From Perna viridis (Eukaryota), in contig CM074514.1 in the NCBI GenBank assembly GCA_037379345.1, positions 10,850,001-10,914,000 of the forward strand: a stretch of 64,000 nucleotides of DNA, in the 5' to 3' direction. The notes under the pieces were generated by a model that saw only the letters and a list, made by a program, of their open reading frames with translations, was not told the DNA's origin and ran no database searches. Numbering within the stretch: the stretch's first letter is position 1; each line of letters opens with the position of its first letter. This document shows positions 24,967-37,092 of the stretch, in pieces. A program made the position numbers and the translations under genes.

Positions 24967-26159
24967 TAAATGTGCCATCAAATATTTTCAGTTTTCCATA
25001 GATTTTAAAACACAAATAGCTGTAAATTTGTTCCACACTTGAAGTCTATGGAACAGATAATTCTGGCTTTAATAATAAAACTAACACATTGTTGTAAATA
25101 AGCTTTGGTAACGACTGATATATTTTTCCTGTCTATGAGCAAATAACCTCAATCACGTGGTGCACACTAACTAGCAGGTTATTTTCAAGTGTGCAGCATG
25201 CACGGGCATTGAAATTATTTAAAACTGACCGAAAAATATAACAGTCATTCCTCATAATTTAATAATAGTATCCAAATTTAAGGAGTAAATCCGCAAAAAA
25301 AGGTTGATGACGTCACAGTCACATTACAAAATTTAGTCTGAGCTGATGGACATTTTTTATCCAATCAGAAAGCATGTTCATCGGAAATTAAATTATAATG
25401 CGTTAGCGACTTCCTTTTTTAATTGAGCCTGTTTTGTTAGACATATGTTACTTTTACGTCTGATGCGCCTTCCTCACCACCAGGAGGGTTGGAGTAAATT
25501 AAATTTCAATTATAACTAAGGGCGGTGAAGAACATGTTCGTGAAGTTACTATGAAAGCTGTCGAGCACGTTTTATTTTCATTCTTTTGCCGTCTAACTCG
25601 GGCGTCATCCGACATGGCTGGTAGAAACCGGGAGTTTTTAAGATATCAACGAATTTTTATCTTTCCTGTCGTACGCGAAGTCAAAACGCTCAGTTGCAAA
25701 GCAGAATTCCATGTCGTTTTTTTATAACGTGCAGGGGCATAAAGTTAATCTAAAAAATATGCATTGTTGAATAGTGCAGGAAATATCAAATCATAAGTTT
25801 TTTGTTCCTGAGCTGAGTAGTTGAAAAAAGGAACCCAGTCCGCTCCTCGCTAACAAAATGGGTGTAACTTTACAAAAAATTTGAGCCATTTACTGACCAC
25901 GGATTCAGCACTTTTGTCCTCTCCGGCTAAGCCAAATGTTTTTTACTTTTTTTTTACTATTTAGCAGGATGAAATTAGCATGCTTTTGATGTTGTCATCT
26001 AATCATGCAGCATTATAAACAGCTAATAGTATTTCAAAATTTCAGTGTAAATGTTTAACATTGAGAGTTAAACATAAATCGGAACAAGTGCCTGGTGCTA
26101 GATATCGGCAAAAAATACCGAAGCGTCAGCAGCGGATACTTGAAATACATCAAAATCCA

Positions 26160-26365
26160 AAAATATGGGTAAATGAGAACAGATGAAACAGAAACTATTT
26201 ACATACACAATTAGAATAAAGATTACCCATAAAACTGAAGACAAGGGAAACAAGACGTCACACTAGCAATATGAACTCCCACACAAAAAAACTGGGAGTG
26301 ACATCAGGTACTCCGGAATGGTAAACATGTCCTGCTCCGCCAGCGGCACCCACCATATTTCAAGT
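26160..26365 (-). mobile_element. Divergent subfamily copy of the Penelope-like 3' UTR structured element
   Basis: Reverse complement AATATGGTGGGTGCCGCTGGCGGAGCAGGACATGTTTACCATTCCGGAGTACCTGATGTCACTCCCAG...TGGGAGTTCATATT aligns with 47182-47282, with compensatory changes. Confidence 0.7.
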
Positions 26366-29300
26366 AGGTAAGATCCGTTGATTATCTAGCAACAATAATG
26401 AAGTTCCCCGATAGGTGTCAAACACTATTCACATAAGGACGAAATCATTCATTTCAACTAAGTATCATGATTAAACGTAGTAAATAACTTGGAAATACTT
26501 GGAACATATTCAAACTTTATGTAACAAAAAATCACCATAAGACAAACGACATTATCAATTATTTTTTAAACCACCGGAATTCGATCTTGAACTTGATATC
26601 ACAAAGGAATAAATTATGCCATAGAAATTAACATAGGTCAAAAATGTACTTGGAGGATTCAAAAGAAATAACACACTCAAAAGTCGGAATATCACACTCA
26701 ATTTAAAGGGAATTAAGGATTTATAATGGTAAATAAAAGTAAGAAGGGTTTGAAAGTGTTGAAATTGCTTAAGCCAATGGTATAAGTGAAAAACATGTAT
26801 CATTTTTTCTGCAATAATTTTTTTGGTCATATCATATATCATTGCAGTGTCAGTTTCCTAAGGAAATCTCTTTGTTTCCTTAATATGATTGTATTACTTG
26901 TTTAGTGATATCTTAAATGTTTTTATAGCTGTTTATTTATATTTCAATACCTCAGATTGCGCTGTTTTGGAAAACTGTTTTTTTTTGCGTCTTGTTTTGT
27001 CTTGTTTTTGTTTTCTGTTATTTTTTTATGCTTTCAGATTTTGTTTTGTTTTTGTTTTTTTGTTTTTTTGTTGTTGTTGTTTGCTTGTTGTTTTTTACTT
27101 CGCATTTTTGAGTTGTTGTATATTCGAATTTGCGTATTAATTAATTCTACATTACATGATTGACCAAAGACTGCGCTTTCAAAACGTTATGATTTTTTTG
27201 TATGAAATTCGAAAATATCTCTATAAACCTTACCTTCTTTGTAATAAAAAGATTTAAGAAGAAAAATAGTTTTATATTCATCATGGTGGCCATTTTCTAT
27301 AGCACAGGACAGGCAATCCACACTTACAATACTTTGTCAAAGGATTACATACAGTGACGTGAAAAAATGTCGACAGGACGAAAAATCAAAAGGTTACAAA
27401 ACAAAAATAGTACATTAATAAGCTGGTATAAGCCAGTTATAACTGGCCTCGTATTTTAATATTTTAAGAATATACTAAACAAGCCAACATAAAAAGTACT
27501 AAAGAATTAACGAATTCCTTGAACATGTGCATGTACCTAATACAATGCATATAGTTACAATTAAAATAACAACTTCTCGCGTCTGCCATCCCTGGTAATC
27601 GCCAATAACTTTTACTTTAAAATAACCCAGCAAGAATTTTATTCAAAACCATTGTCGAGAAAAAGAGAAAATAAGACTTGTACAATATGGTACAAAAAGG
27701 TAGAGAGTACTATTGTCAAATTATTTTATCAGCATTAGATAAAATTCAAAATGAAACCATTCAGACAAGATATAAATTCTTTTGGATGATAATAAATATA
27801 TGTATTGTTTTTTCATGTTTGCGAAATTATGGCAAAAATTCGAAAAACCTTTTGATCAAATAACAAGCGAAAATTTAAAAATGTTGATATAGATATCTTC
27901 CGAAAGGAGGTGGGGTAAAGACATTTTATACTCGCCCCAATCATCCACTTTTCAACCAACTACCATTAAACTCTGATAGTTGATTGTTTTTTAATATAGG
28001 TGAATCAAAATGTGAGAGATGCGTCATGATGTGAAAAAAAAGACATTTCTACTAAAAATATACGATAAATGCAGATGCAGTAGTCCACGTTTCGCCACAT
28101 TAATTAAATTCCCCGCCAAAGACAAGTACTTATTCAACCAAATCAACCGCTCCTGAAAACACTGTTCACAGAACAACGGAACAATAAACTTAATGCCGTT
28201 CTGAATTAATACGCTGAACATGAAAATCCTCAACAATAACCATTTTACGATACTAGAAAAAATTATATAAAATGAAAATAGGCAATGTACTTTACGAAGG
28301 TCAGTTATAATGATATTTTCTGACGTAGATTTGAACGTCACGGTGATACGCTGGGCGCTTTACAGAACTACATATACCTTATCTGTGTTTAATGGATCAA
28401 TCAATGTTCGTTTTTATTTATATAAAATTTACAACCTAACAGCGCCTTGGGGAGTTTTTCCTGAGGCAAATAAGCTGTTAAACACCCATCAATCTACGTT
28501 CAATTTTGTGAAACAATATCATGTCATAATTACCTAATGTGCTATAATTCTCTAATAGGGAAGAATAAATTAAAAGACGATATTTCTCTAATTGGAAATT
28601 TATCGACGTATAGACAAGTAACAGTGAAAGAAATCAACAAGAGGAAGCAATGGTAACTCAGTATTACTAAAGAATGACATCCTTGATCACATGATCAATA
28701 AAGTCTCAGATTTCTCCTGGAATCAGATGCTTTAAAATTCTATAAAGCAAAGTATTTATGTAGGAATGAGGAAAACAAAAGTTTTCAGTCAGTGGTTCTC
28801 CCTGGCTGCCACCGTGCAAGGTAAGACAAGACAAGCATTTAACTTCAGATTAATTCTTGGTCCTTACGCAGATTAAATACTACAGACTTCTTTGGTTTTT
28901 TTTTAAGAACATCTAAATGTCATATATAATCAAACCGACGTATACACTATTCAACATTAGAAGTCATTTTTTCACTTTGAAAGAAGTGTTGAATCGGATG
29001 GAAACATAAATACTAAAACTGACTTTCAGAGCACAACTCAGTATTTTTTTCATCCCCAAAATAGTTACCAGTACTTGATAACTTATTCACGGAATTCATA
29101 TTATATAAAGTATTATTACAAAATTGAGAGGCAAAATCATCTAATTATTAAAAAGAATTCAGCTAATTCTTCTACCAAACAAATGTGAATCTTTTAGTTT
29201 AGGAGGTTTGTTTGTTTGGTTTTTTTTTAATACCTTCTCAATACTCGAACTTGCCTTTCATTTTGGTATTTTGATATGAAAAGTTATTCTTAATTGCCAT

Positions 29301-29810
29301 TTCATAATGCTTAGATTTATCGCTCATGCAGGAACACCACGAATTTCAAATATCTTCTTCATTGAAACAATATGCATCAATACAGGAACAACATCTGTCA
29401 CGATTTATTCAAAATAGGTATAAAATTAGATCGTTATATCTAAATGAAATATCGGCCATGAGAACTATCATATTAAAAACACAGTATAGATTGTATTACA
29501 AATTGGTAATTAGAACGTGTGGAATATTTAGAAATTGTGGTTTATTAAATATACAGAAATGGCATACTCAATTTATCATTTAAATGAATTATGTATAAAA
29601 ACTCGGTGTTCACTTAAACATTTTGTCAGGAATAGAAAACTCACTGCTTGTTCCAACAATGCAATCTTCTAATACTAATAAAAAGTATTTTAGTCTCTAA
29701 ATCATTAGCAAGCGACTTCTCACAATCGTAAATTTCATTCTGGATGGACGTGGATGTTTGATATTCGTCCGCCGCAATATTCTCGAGATTGCAGGTTGGT
29801 AACCTTTTTC

Positions 29811-30156
29811 TATGGACTCGTGGATCGCTATGGTGTATCCATCTGCACCATGAAAACTGATTTATTCAACGGTTCATAGTCTTTCTTTCCGGCTTTGTCT
29901 ATCCCGGACTTGACTTTTATGAGCAACTCGGCGGGTGTTTCTAGAAAAACAGAGGACGCTTACCCTACCGGTGCACCTGGTCAATGCTCCCAGTTTTTAG
30001 TGGAGTCCGAGTTGCTCATTTGCTTTTGTTACTTTGTATGTATGATTTTAGTTACTTTATGTTCTTTGTTGTGTATGTCTGTTTTCCATGTCTGGTCGTT
30101 GTCCTCGGATTGCATTCTTTTCATTACCGCTATAACCTAGGTTCCCTTGATTACTC
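29811..30156 (+). mobile_element. 5'-truncated copy of the Penelope-like element (RT C-terminus plus structured 3' UTR)
   Basis: Closely matches 47075-47423 and has the same 3' terminus CCCTTGATTACTCT. Confidence 0.9.
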
Positions 30157-33100
30157 TATATTTATATGCATTAAAGCCGACTTCTGCTTACGAGGAAAAA
30201 TGTATTTCGAAAGAAGTAAGGCGGCGTGTTTTCAGTCTTTCATAATGTCTAAGGATGTTCGTTTGTCATGTTCAGCCATTTTTTTTCGGATTCCTCTTTT
30301 TTATTCTTCTCATGGCATTAATATTTTTTGCCCAATTACCCCCGCTTTTGTTTTCATAACTTCATTTAACACACCTTTAAATTTTATTTGAGAAGTTTTT
30401 ATGAAATCCTTGTTATTTCTTCAGAGGTTTTAATAGATAAAACCTACAAGACAAAACCTATGGAAAATCTAGAGAAACCCTTTTTCCCCGCAAAGATTTC
30501 AAATGCTTATATCTCAAAAGCGTGCACACTGACCCATCTACGTTTCCTGCTAATGTTGTTCTAGCATGCAAGATCTTTAAGATTTCACAACTCTTTGAAA
30601 TCCTTATTAATCTTAAACAAACCAGCGAACATCCAAAAAGCTGCATGTATACGCGATTCAGTTTCTGAATCTGTTTTGATCTTGAACTTTGTGAGTTTTA
30701 TGCTCGTGAAGTTTAGTGAGTTTTATGCTCATATAGTTTTATGAGTTTTATGCTGAAGAAGGATATCAGTTATCCGAAATATTTAATTTAAATTTTACCA
30801 TCTTCTGGTGATGTTAAACATATTTAGACGTTATATATAGGGTGTTAAAACGATATTTTACAACTACTGGAAATCAGAGTTCAATCATAATTTACCATTT
30901 TGAGGTAAAGGACGTCAGATTTAGGGAGAAAGGCAGCGAAGTTTTAATTACAAAACTACAATTGAGTTCGGTGAACCTTACTATGCGAAAAGTTGGCTAA
31001 AAACAGAAACTTGAAATGAAAACATTTATTTTGTTGATTCATCAATACAAAAAAAAAGTGTGTGAAGGATCGTTAAGAAGTCATCGAAACTGTAAGTCTG
31101 GTCATGATGCTCATTTATGATCTGAAGGATATAAAAAAACACATTTTCAAAAAGTTATCGTTCATATAAAAGAAGAATAGATTAAGTAGAAGCAGCCTTT
31201 TCATTAAACAAAAAAAATCCATATTTGTGGCAATAAAAATAAAAAAAATAAAAGCAAAATAAAGTAAGTTTCTGTTCGCTTTCATTGGGTTTCTGTATAA
31301 TTTTATATGCTTCACCTTAGTCCCTGAAATTCTTGATGTTGCTGCTAATAGCATTTACTTATGTTACTGATTCGTGCGTTGTCGTTTACGGCAATGTTGC
31401 AGTGAAATATAATAGTTGTTATACCTGCTATAGAGTAAACACGTGACCGGTGAGTACAGTATTGTTAATTTCAGCAAAGTGATACCCAACTCCCTATAGC
31501 AAAGTCCATATTGAGCACTTGAAATTCTGAAATAAATTCGAGACATAACAAATACATGCGGTAACTTTCTTTACATTCTGTAAAAATTAGGTAAATTCTG
31601 TTGAGGCAGTAAAGGTCGAATGATCAACTTCATTTTGGTTAAGTAAATCTCAGGCATGCCCAGTCCTGGACCAATTCCAAAAAAAAAAACTGGTGCTAAT
31701 AAAAATGCAGAAAAGCTGGTGCACAGATTAAACTCTGTTGAACAGTATAGAAGAGTTGTGTTTGCAACAATCGGAACTAACAAATAAATTGGATGTACAG
31801 AATTTCAGATGAGGTATAAAGTTGAAAGATGTTAAATTGTAATTAGACAGGCCCTATCGATACCCACAGAAACCCGTTAGTTTCGGATTGTTATACTGCA
31901 ATTAGTTGTTATGGGTTTAATCTAAAAACATCATCATGACACTTATGGGCTTCCGTTGATTCAAACCTTAGTGAAGTAAAAGCACAAATAAAAATCTTGT
32001 AACTCCACAACAAGAAAGGATTTTAAAAAAAAACAAATTTATTTCTGAAAGAATAATTTTCTTCTTCGATGCAAAGAAAAATTGATTAAACAATCACATG
32101 CATATTGGTATGTCTTGCAACATGGAACTCAAACCGATTACTTTTCAATCTGTTATTCAAAAGCAAAAATCCTCGGGTTTTTAGGCATTGGAATTCAATT
32201 ATTTCATGGATATAAACAAATCAAGCTTGGATCATTGTTTTAACTGCGTTCGTATTTTAAAATTTTTGGTAAGAAATGTACATGTACAGTAATTAGAGAA
32301 TTAAATGCAAGAAAACATTGATAGAATAATCTATAAAATGTTAATGACCTGCTACTAGAACAAAGGAGAAAACTTTAGTTAACAAACTGATGTATTCACA
32401 GGATAAAGAAAAAACATATGTACAAGTATTCTCTTCCTTATTTTTTGTCTGCTTCATCAAACCCAGAGTGCAATATTTAACATGTTCGACATTATCGTAG
32501 TATTTTTTCTGCTTCATCCGAAAATCAGTGCACCGAAAAGTTATTTAAAAATTATAGTACTAAGCAATCGATTCAATTCTATTTACATAAGTGGGTAGTT
32601 TACCATATTTAAAGTTTGTTCGAAATGTAAACAAATATTTACATTAAGTGCCATCTGGTCTATTAACACTGCAACAGCATAACTTTCGGTATACCGTTAC
32701 GTGTCAATGTTTTGCCGCTGCGTACAGTATCCGGGGTACGGGAATAGAGAGAAGTCATAGTCGGGAATATGAAAAAGGCCTATTCTGACTTGATTATATC
32801 AAACTAATATCACTTATATCTTCATAAATTTGAGAAATACAGGAACGTAATACTTTGTCAAGTCGTATGGTGTATCATGTAGGAATCATTGCCATTGAAA
32901 GGTCTGCTAGTAAATTTCTTGTTTTATTAGTTTCTTGTGGTACTTTTTGTTCAACTTATAAATTTCTTTATTGTGTGAGATAAACCAGAGTTACTTTTAC
33001 AGAACTGAAGCCTTTCTACACTGTTAAAAAAATGTAACGTGAAGTATGCTTATACATTGTTATATTGTAAATAGAAAGCCTAATATCACGAATAGCAACA

Positions 33101-33774
33101 GTATAGTAATAAAATGTTTAATATTAAAAGTAAAACTCAATCATAAAAGACCGGTAATAATCACTTTTATTGAGATACATTACAACATATTGACAAATCC
33201 TATTCGTTATAAGTCTGTGACTAAACGTCTAACAAGCCTAGTTTCAATTACTTTTTTACAGCTGCAAGTTAAAGATGTTTAATGCGGAAAAATTGATAGA
33301 TAGCGTGCACAATTATATCAAATTTCCCGATACATTATTGGAAATTACAGCTTCTCGCTTTTCTGTAATTGCTTTCCAACTGAAGTCCTTTTTTTTTTGG
33401 TAAATGCACACTTTTGAATTTTCAAACGTTGAGTAGATATATTTAATTTTGACATATAACGGGAAACTTCGAGCCATACAATTCCCGTGTTATTACCATA
33501 GCATGGTCATGTTGTAGCTCTTCTTGAAATAAAATTATAAACGACAGCTGTCCATTGTTCTTACAATACAGTTCCTTATTTAGGACAACTATCATTATTT
33601 ATAAAAGCTTATTCCTGACATTCGTTTCTAGCCATGAGTAGGTTATTATTTTTCTCCTGCATAATATTTACCCAAATAAGCTTTTACAGAATGGCTAATT
33701 TCTCTCGTCATAAAACGTAAACAGCTGTAGTTTACTATAATTATCCTTCTTGCATACCGATATATTAAAGAGAG

Positions 33775-34620
33775 AACTAAATCTGATAACCGATTTGTTC
33801 ACCGTGTTACGGTTTCCCTCTTTCTTATAGCCACCTCGTGACATGTAATAAATAACTCGATAAGTATTGCTAGAAAATTAGAAGAAATTTTCCAAACGGA
33901 TGCGCCCCGTGCAGATCCGGGTGTTAAAAGAATAGGCCTGCAGCAGCGCTAAGCTTGTCGTAAAAGGCGACTAAATAGTGCTCAGAACCCTAGCCGGGGG
34001 CTAGGGCGCTCTGCCCACAGAGCAACTGGGATGTGTGCCCCAGGTGGTGGAATGGGGTACCCTTGGCGTGTTACATGCTGAGGTTGTCAGGCTATAATAC
34101 GGAAAACCTGACCGCAAACCATAGTGGTGCACAGTGTTGGGAAAGATGACACGTTCCTCGCACGTTAAAGAACCCTACTGTGGTATTCTCCTGAAGTAGG
34201 AACCATAGAGCTCCGCCACAGGAGGCTAAATTGCCCGACCCTACCCACCTCTCCCTATTTTCTAGGGCAATCAAAATTTGTCGACCCCATTGTCTTTGTG
34301 TCCCATCCCTTTTTCATTTCATAATCACTTCAATTTATCATCAATGTTCATCGTCTGGATATAGCTGAAATATTGCTGCTCGGACGTTAAACCCCAACGA
34401 ACAAACAAACCCAACGGATGCAGTCGGTCCCAGTTTTCAGTGGAGTCCATGTTGTTCATTTACCTCTATATCTATGTGCGTGTTATTTTTGTGATTCATG
34501 TTCTTGGTTGTGTGCGTCTTTTTTTTTTAATTCGTTATCCATGGATTATGTTTCTTTTTACAATCATCCGAATCCTTTTTTCGTTTTATTCCCCTTTAAA
34601 ATATTTCATTTGCTCTTTTG
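33775..34620 (+). mobile_element. Old degenerate copy of the Penelope-like 3' end, split by a SINE insertion
   Basis: 33849-33903 (AATAACTCGATAAGTATTGCTAGAAAATTAGAAG...ACGGATGC) and 34413-34460 (CCCAGTTTTCAGTGGAGTCCATGTTGTTCAT) join to a decayed version of 47182-47282. Confidence 0.65.
33904..34412 (+). mobile_element. SINE-like non-autonomous retroelement, copy 1 (structured non-tRNA head, V-SINE-like core, (CAAA)n tail)
   Basis: Near-identical to 37111-37620 and 51336-51859. 9-bp TSD AACGGATGC at 33895-33903 and 34413-34421. Tail GGACGTTAAACCCCAAC(AAAC)n. Confidence 0.92.
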
Positions 34621-35883
34621 TATCCATTTAATTTACTTCAAAATGACATGAGTACGAAATGGTCGTCCCTTCGACTTTGTGGATTCGATTGTCGCTCCTT
34701 TTGAATGCAATAAAGAATAATGATTCTTCTGCAATGAAAATCTTTGTCTATTATAAGTAATTCTCGCCTTTGACAGGTAGTTGAAATTAACTATTCAAAC
34801 AAACAGATTTGTAAAGATAAACATGTCTTAGTGGTAACATTCATATCAATCTAGTTCAGTAATTAGCTGTACAAAAATGTGTTGCACTTAAATGGAAATT
34901 ACTTCCGAATCAATATCATTGAATGTAATTTACGGAAAATACAGAGGAAATGAAAATATAATCCGGTTTACTGTAGAATTTGTTGTTGTGTAAAGATTTG
35001 CTTCTCCGTTTTTCCACTTCACGCGTTTCAAAACAAATTGTACAAAATATCAACTTAAGAAAAGAAAAGGGGTGTGTATTAGAACAAGAAAGTAAAACAA
35101 AAGAGACTTCATCCACGAACAGAGACAAGTATTTTGTATTAATTTATGTTCATAACTGTACACCTTTCTGTCCAGGCGACAATTTAACAAATTTTAGGAC
35201 TGAAGGCGAGGGTATTTTTTTAAGTTGATATCACAAGCTAGTAAGATTGTGTTATCACACTTCTGCGATTTTAACTTACCAGACTTGAGATAACACTGTT
35301 ACAGCTTAATTTACTTATTTTACCGACTCCGCTAAATTATCTCAACTGTTGATAACAACTTATTTTACTTTTTATTTATGACTGGTTTCTGGTCATTTCA
35401 TTTTTTTCCAGAATTTCGTTAAGTGACACTAAAAACTTTCATTACATTATACAATTGTTATTGTTGGCATTTGGACACATGCGTGTCTGTTAAACTGGCG
35501 GGTATCATTTAAAGGGAGAATAGAAACTTAATAAAATATGCACAACATTTTATAACAAAATCACCATAAAATGCCTTGTCCGGATTTCCCCTATATATTT
35601 CACAATATCAATATTCTATCGCTTTGTAAGATCTATCTTCTTTCAGGAATTAGCATCGCTTTCCTTACGGTTATGCATTGTTTATGTGCTACTGGATACA
35701 TGCAGTACGAAATATTGCCATTTATAAATAAAACAGTATTGCAATGCATTAATTTAATGTTATGGGAGTCCATATTATCCCCTACCAATCGAAGCTGTTA
35801 TATCAGTAACTCCTCAAGGAGTGGTATTTTATTGGTTCAGGTAGAAATGGGAAAGACTTGTAATTAAGCTGATTCAGATGATA

Positions 35884-36826
35884 CCGTAGACATAGTTTAG
35901 CATTTACTGCTAATTGAAAAGGACCAGTAACTGTTCCAATTTCAATACTAATTTGTGTAGGCTATAGAGTAATTTAAATAGCTCTCTAGGTAGAAATCTG
36001 CCCTACATTATACCAATGTGTCCCACATAACTATTTTAGAACACCTGTGTGATCTTTTGGACACTGCCTTTTAAGTTTGAATGGCTGTCAATCATCTATA
36101 TCATGCCATCCACCACTGTGTTTGGGTAGCTTGTACTGTATATACAAATGATTTACTTGTTTCTGATTGGATAACACTGTTCATTTTATAATACTCATAG
36201 ACCAAGCCTATTTCTAGTTTCAATTACTTATTTGAAAAAAAAATGCTGAAACATTTTTTAGAAAGAATATGATGCTCATACATTGTTAAACTGAGATTCT
36301 ATCTAGCTGAAGTAGTTCTAAGGGCTTAAAAGTTATGGTTACATTCATTACACTTTTGCGAAATGGCTATGTTTTCAGTTTGCAATATAAATGCATGCAC
36401 CAGTCCCTCTAAGGACCTTCTCAATATTAAACAGTTGAAAAAATGTTTAAGAAATGTTGTAAAGTGATTGTAAATACTAGTATCATATTTATTTTTTTTC
36501 TTTGGTTTACAGTGACTGTTTATAAAAGATGCCATAAAATATAAACTTGAAAATTTACCAGTATAGAAAATTGAACAATGGTTTAAATGGGCTTAGTGAA
36601 TTGTATTTACTTGACCTTTAGAGGTTGAGCTCATCATAATTGACAGCTATTCAAACTTAAAAGACAGTGTCCAAAAGATCAAAAAAGGTGTTCTGTGGTA
36701 GTAAAGTAGGACACATTAGTATATTGTAGGGCAAATGTCTACCTACAGAGCTATATAAACTACTTAGTAGCTTACCAAGATTTGTATTGAAATTGGAACT
36801 GGTCCTTTTCAACTAGCTGTAAACGG
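35884..36826. mobile_element. Non-autonomous Tc1/mariner (pogo/Tc2-like) DNA transposon with ~200-bp imperfect terminal inverted repeats
   Basis: TA|CCGT...ACGG|TA termini (TA at 35882-83 and 36827-28). 35916-36095 is the inverse of 36634-36810. No transposase ORF. Confidence 0.75.
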
Positions 36827-36852
36827 TATAAATAATTATTGACTAACGTTTG

Positions 36853-37016
36853 CAGGGGCGGATCCAGACACATTGAAAAGGAGGGGTGCCAGCCGAGGTA
36901 CCTCAGAAAAGGCATTATTTGCCATTTTTTGTCAATTTTACGCATGAAAACGACAAGTTTTCCAATTTCCGGGGGGGGGGTGAAAAACCCCAGCATCCCC
37001 TCTGGATCCGCCACTG
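36853..37016. mobile_element. Small MITE (PIF/Harbinger-like)
   Basis: TIRs CAGGGGCGGATCCAG ... CTGGATCCGCCACTG, with an internal poly-G. Confidence 0.75.
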
Positions 37017-37092
37017 GTTCGAATATATGGCTTAATAGGATCAAAACTGCCAATACGGGATTTAGACGTACAATACGGCTACGTCATATTGG

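Noticed and set aside
26889-27163. Hydrophobic Phe/Cys-rich ORFs (also 44-253 and 2650-2982)
   Set aside because: They are by-products of low-complexity T/G-rich tracts.
28480-29200. Possible decayed Gypsy integrase remnant
   Set aside because: Only 4-6-residue resemblances (VVLPGCHR, FHPQ); too degraded to support.
30480-31960. Possible decayed hAT-like transposase
   Set aside because: No continuous frame, catalytic motif or TIR pair was found.
34149-34170. ACGT-TCCTCGC-ACGT resembling the HDV ribozyme P3/L3
   Set aside because: No compatible P1, P1.1, P4 or P2 could be built around it.
35647-35840. Isolated open exon-like stretch (GISIAFLTVMHCLC...)
   Set aside because: No phase-compatible partner exons and no recognisable domain.
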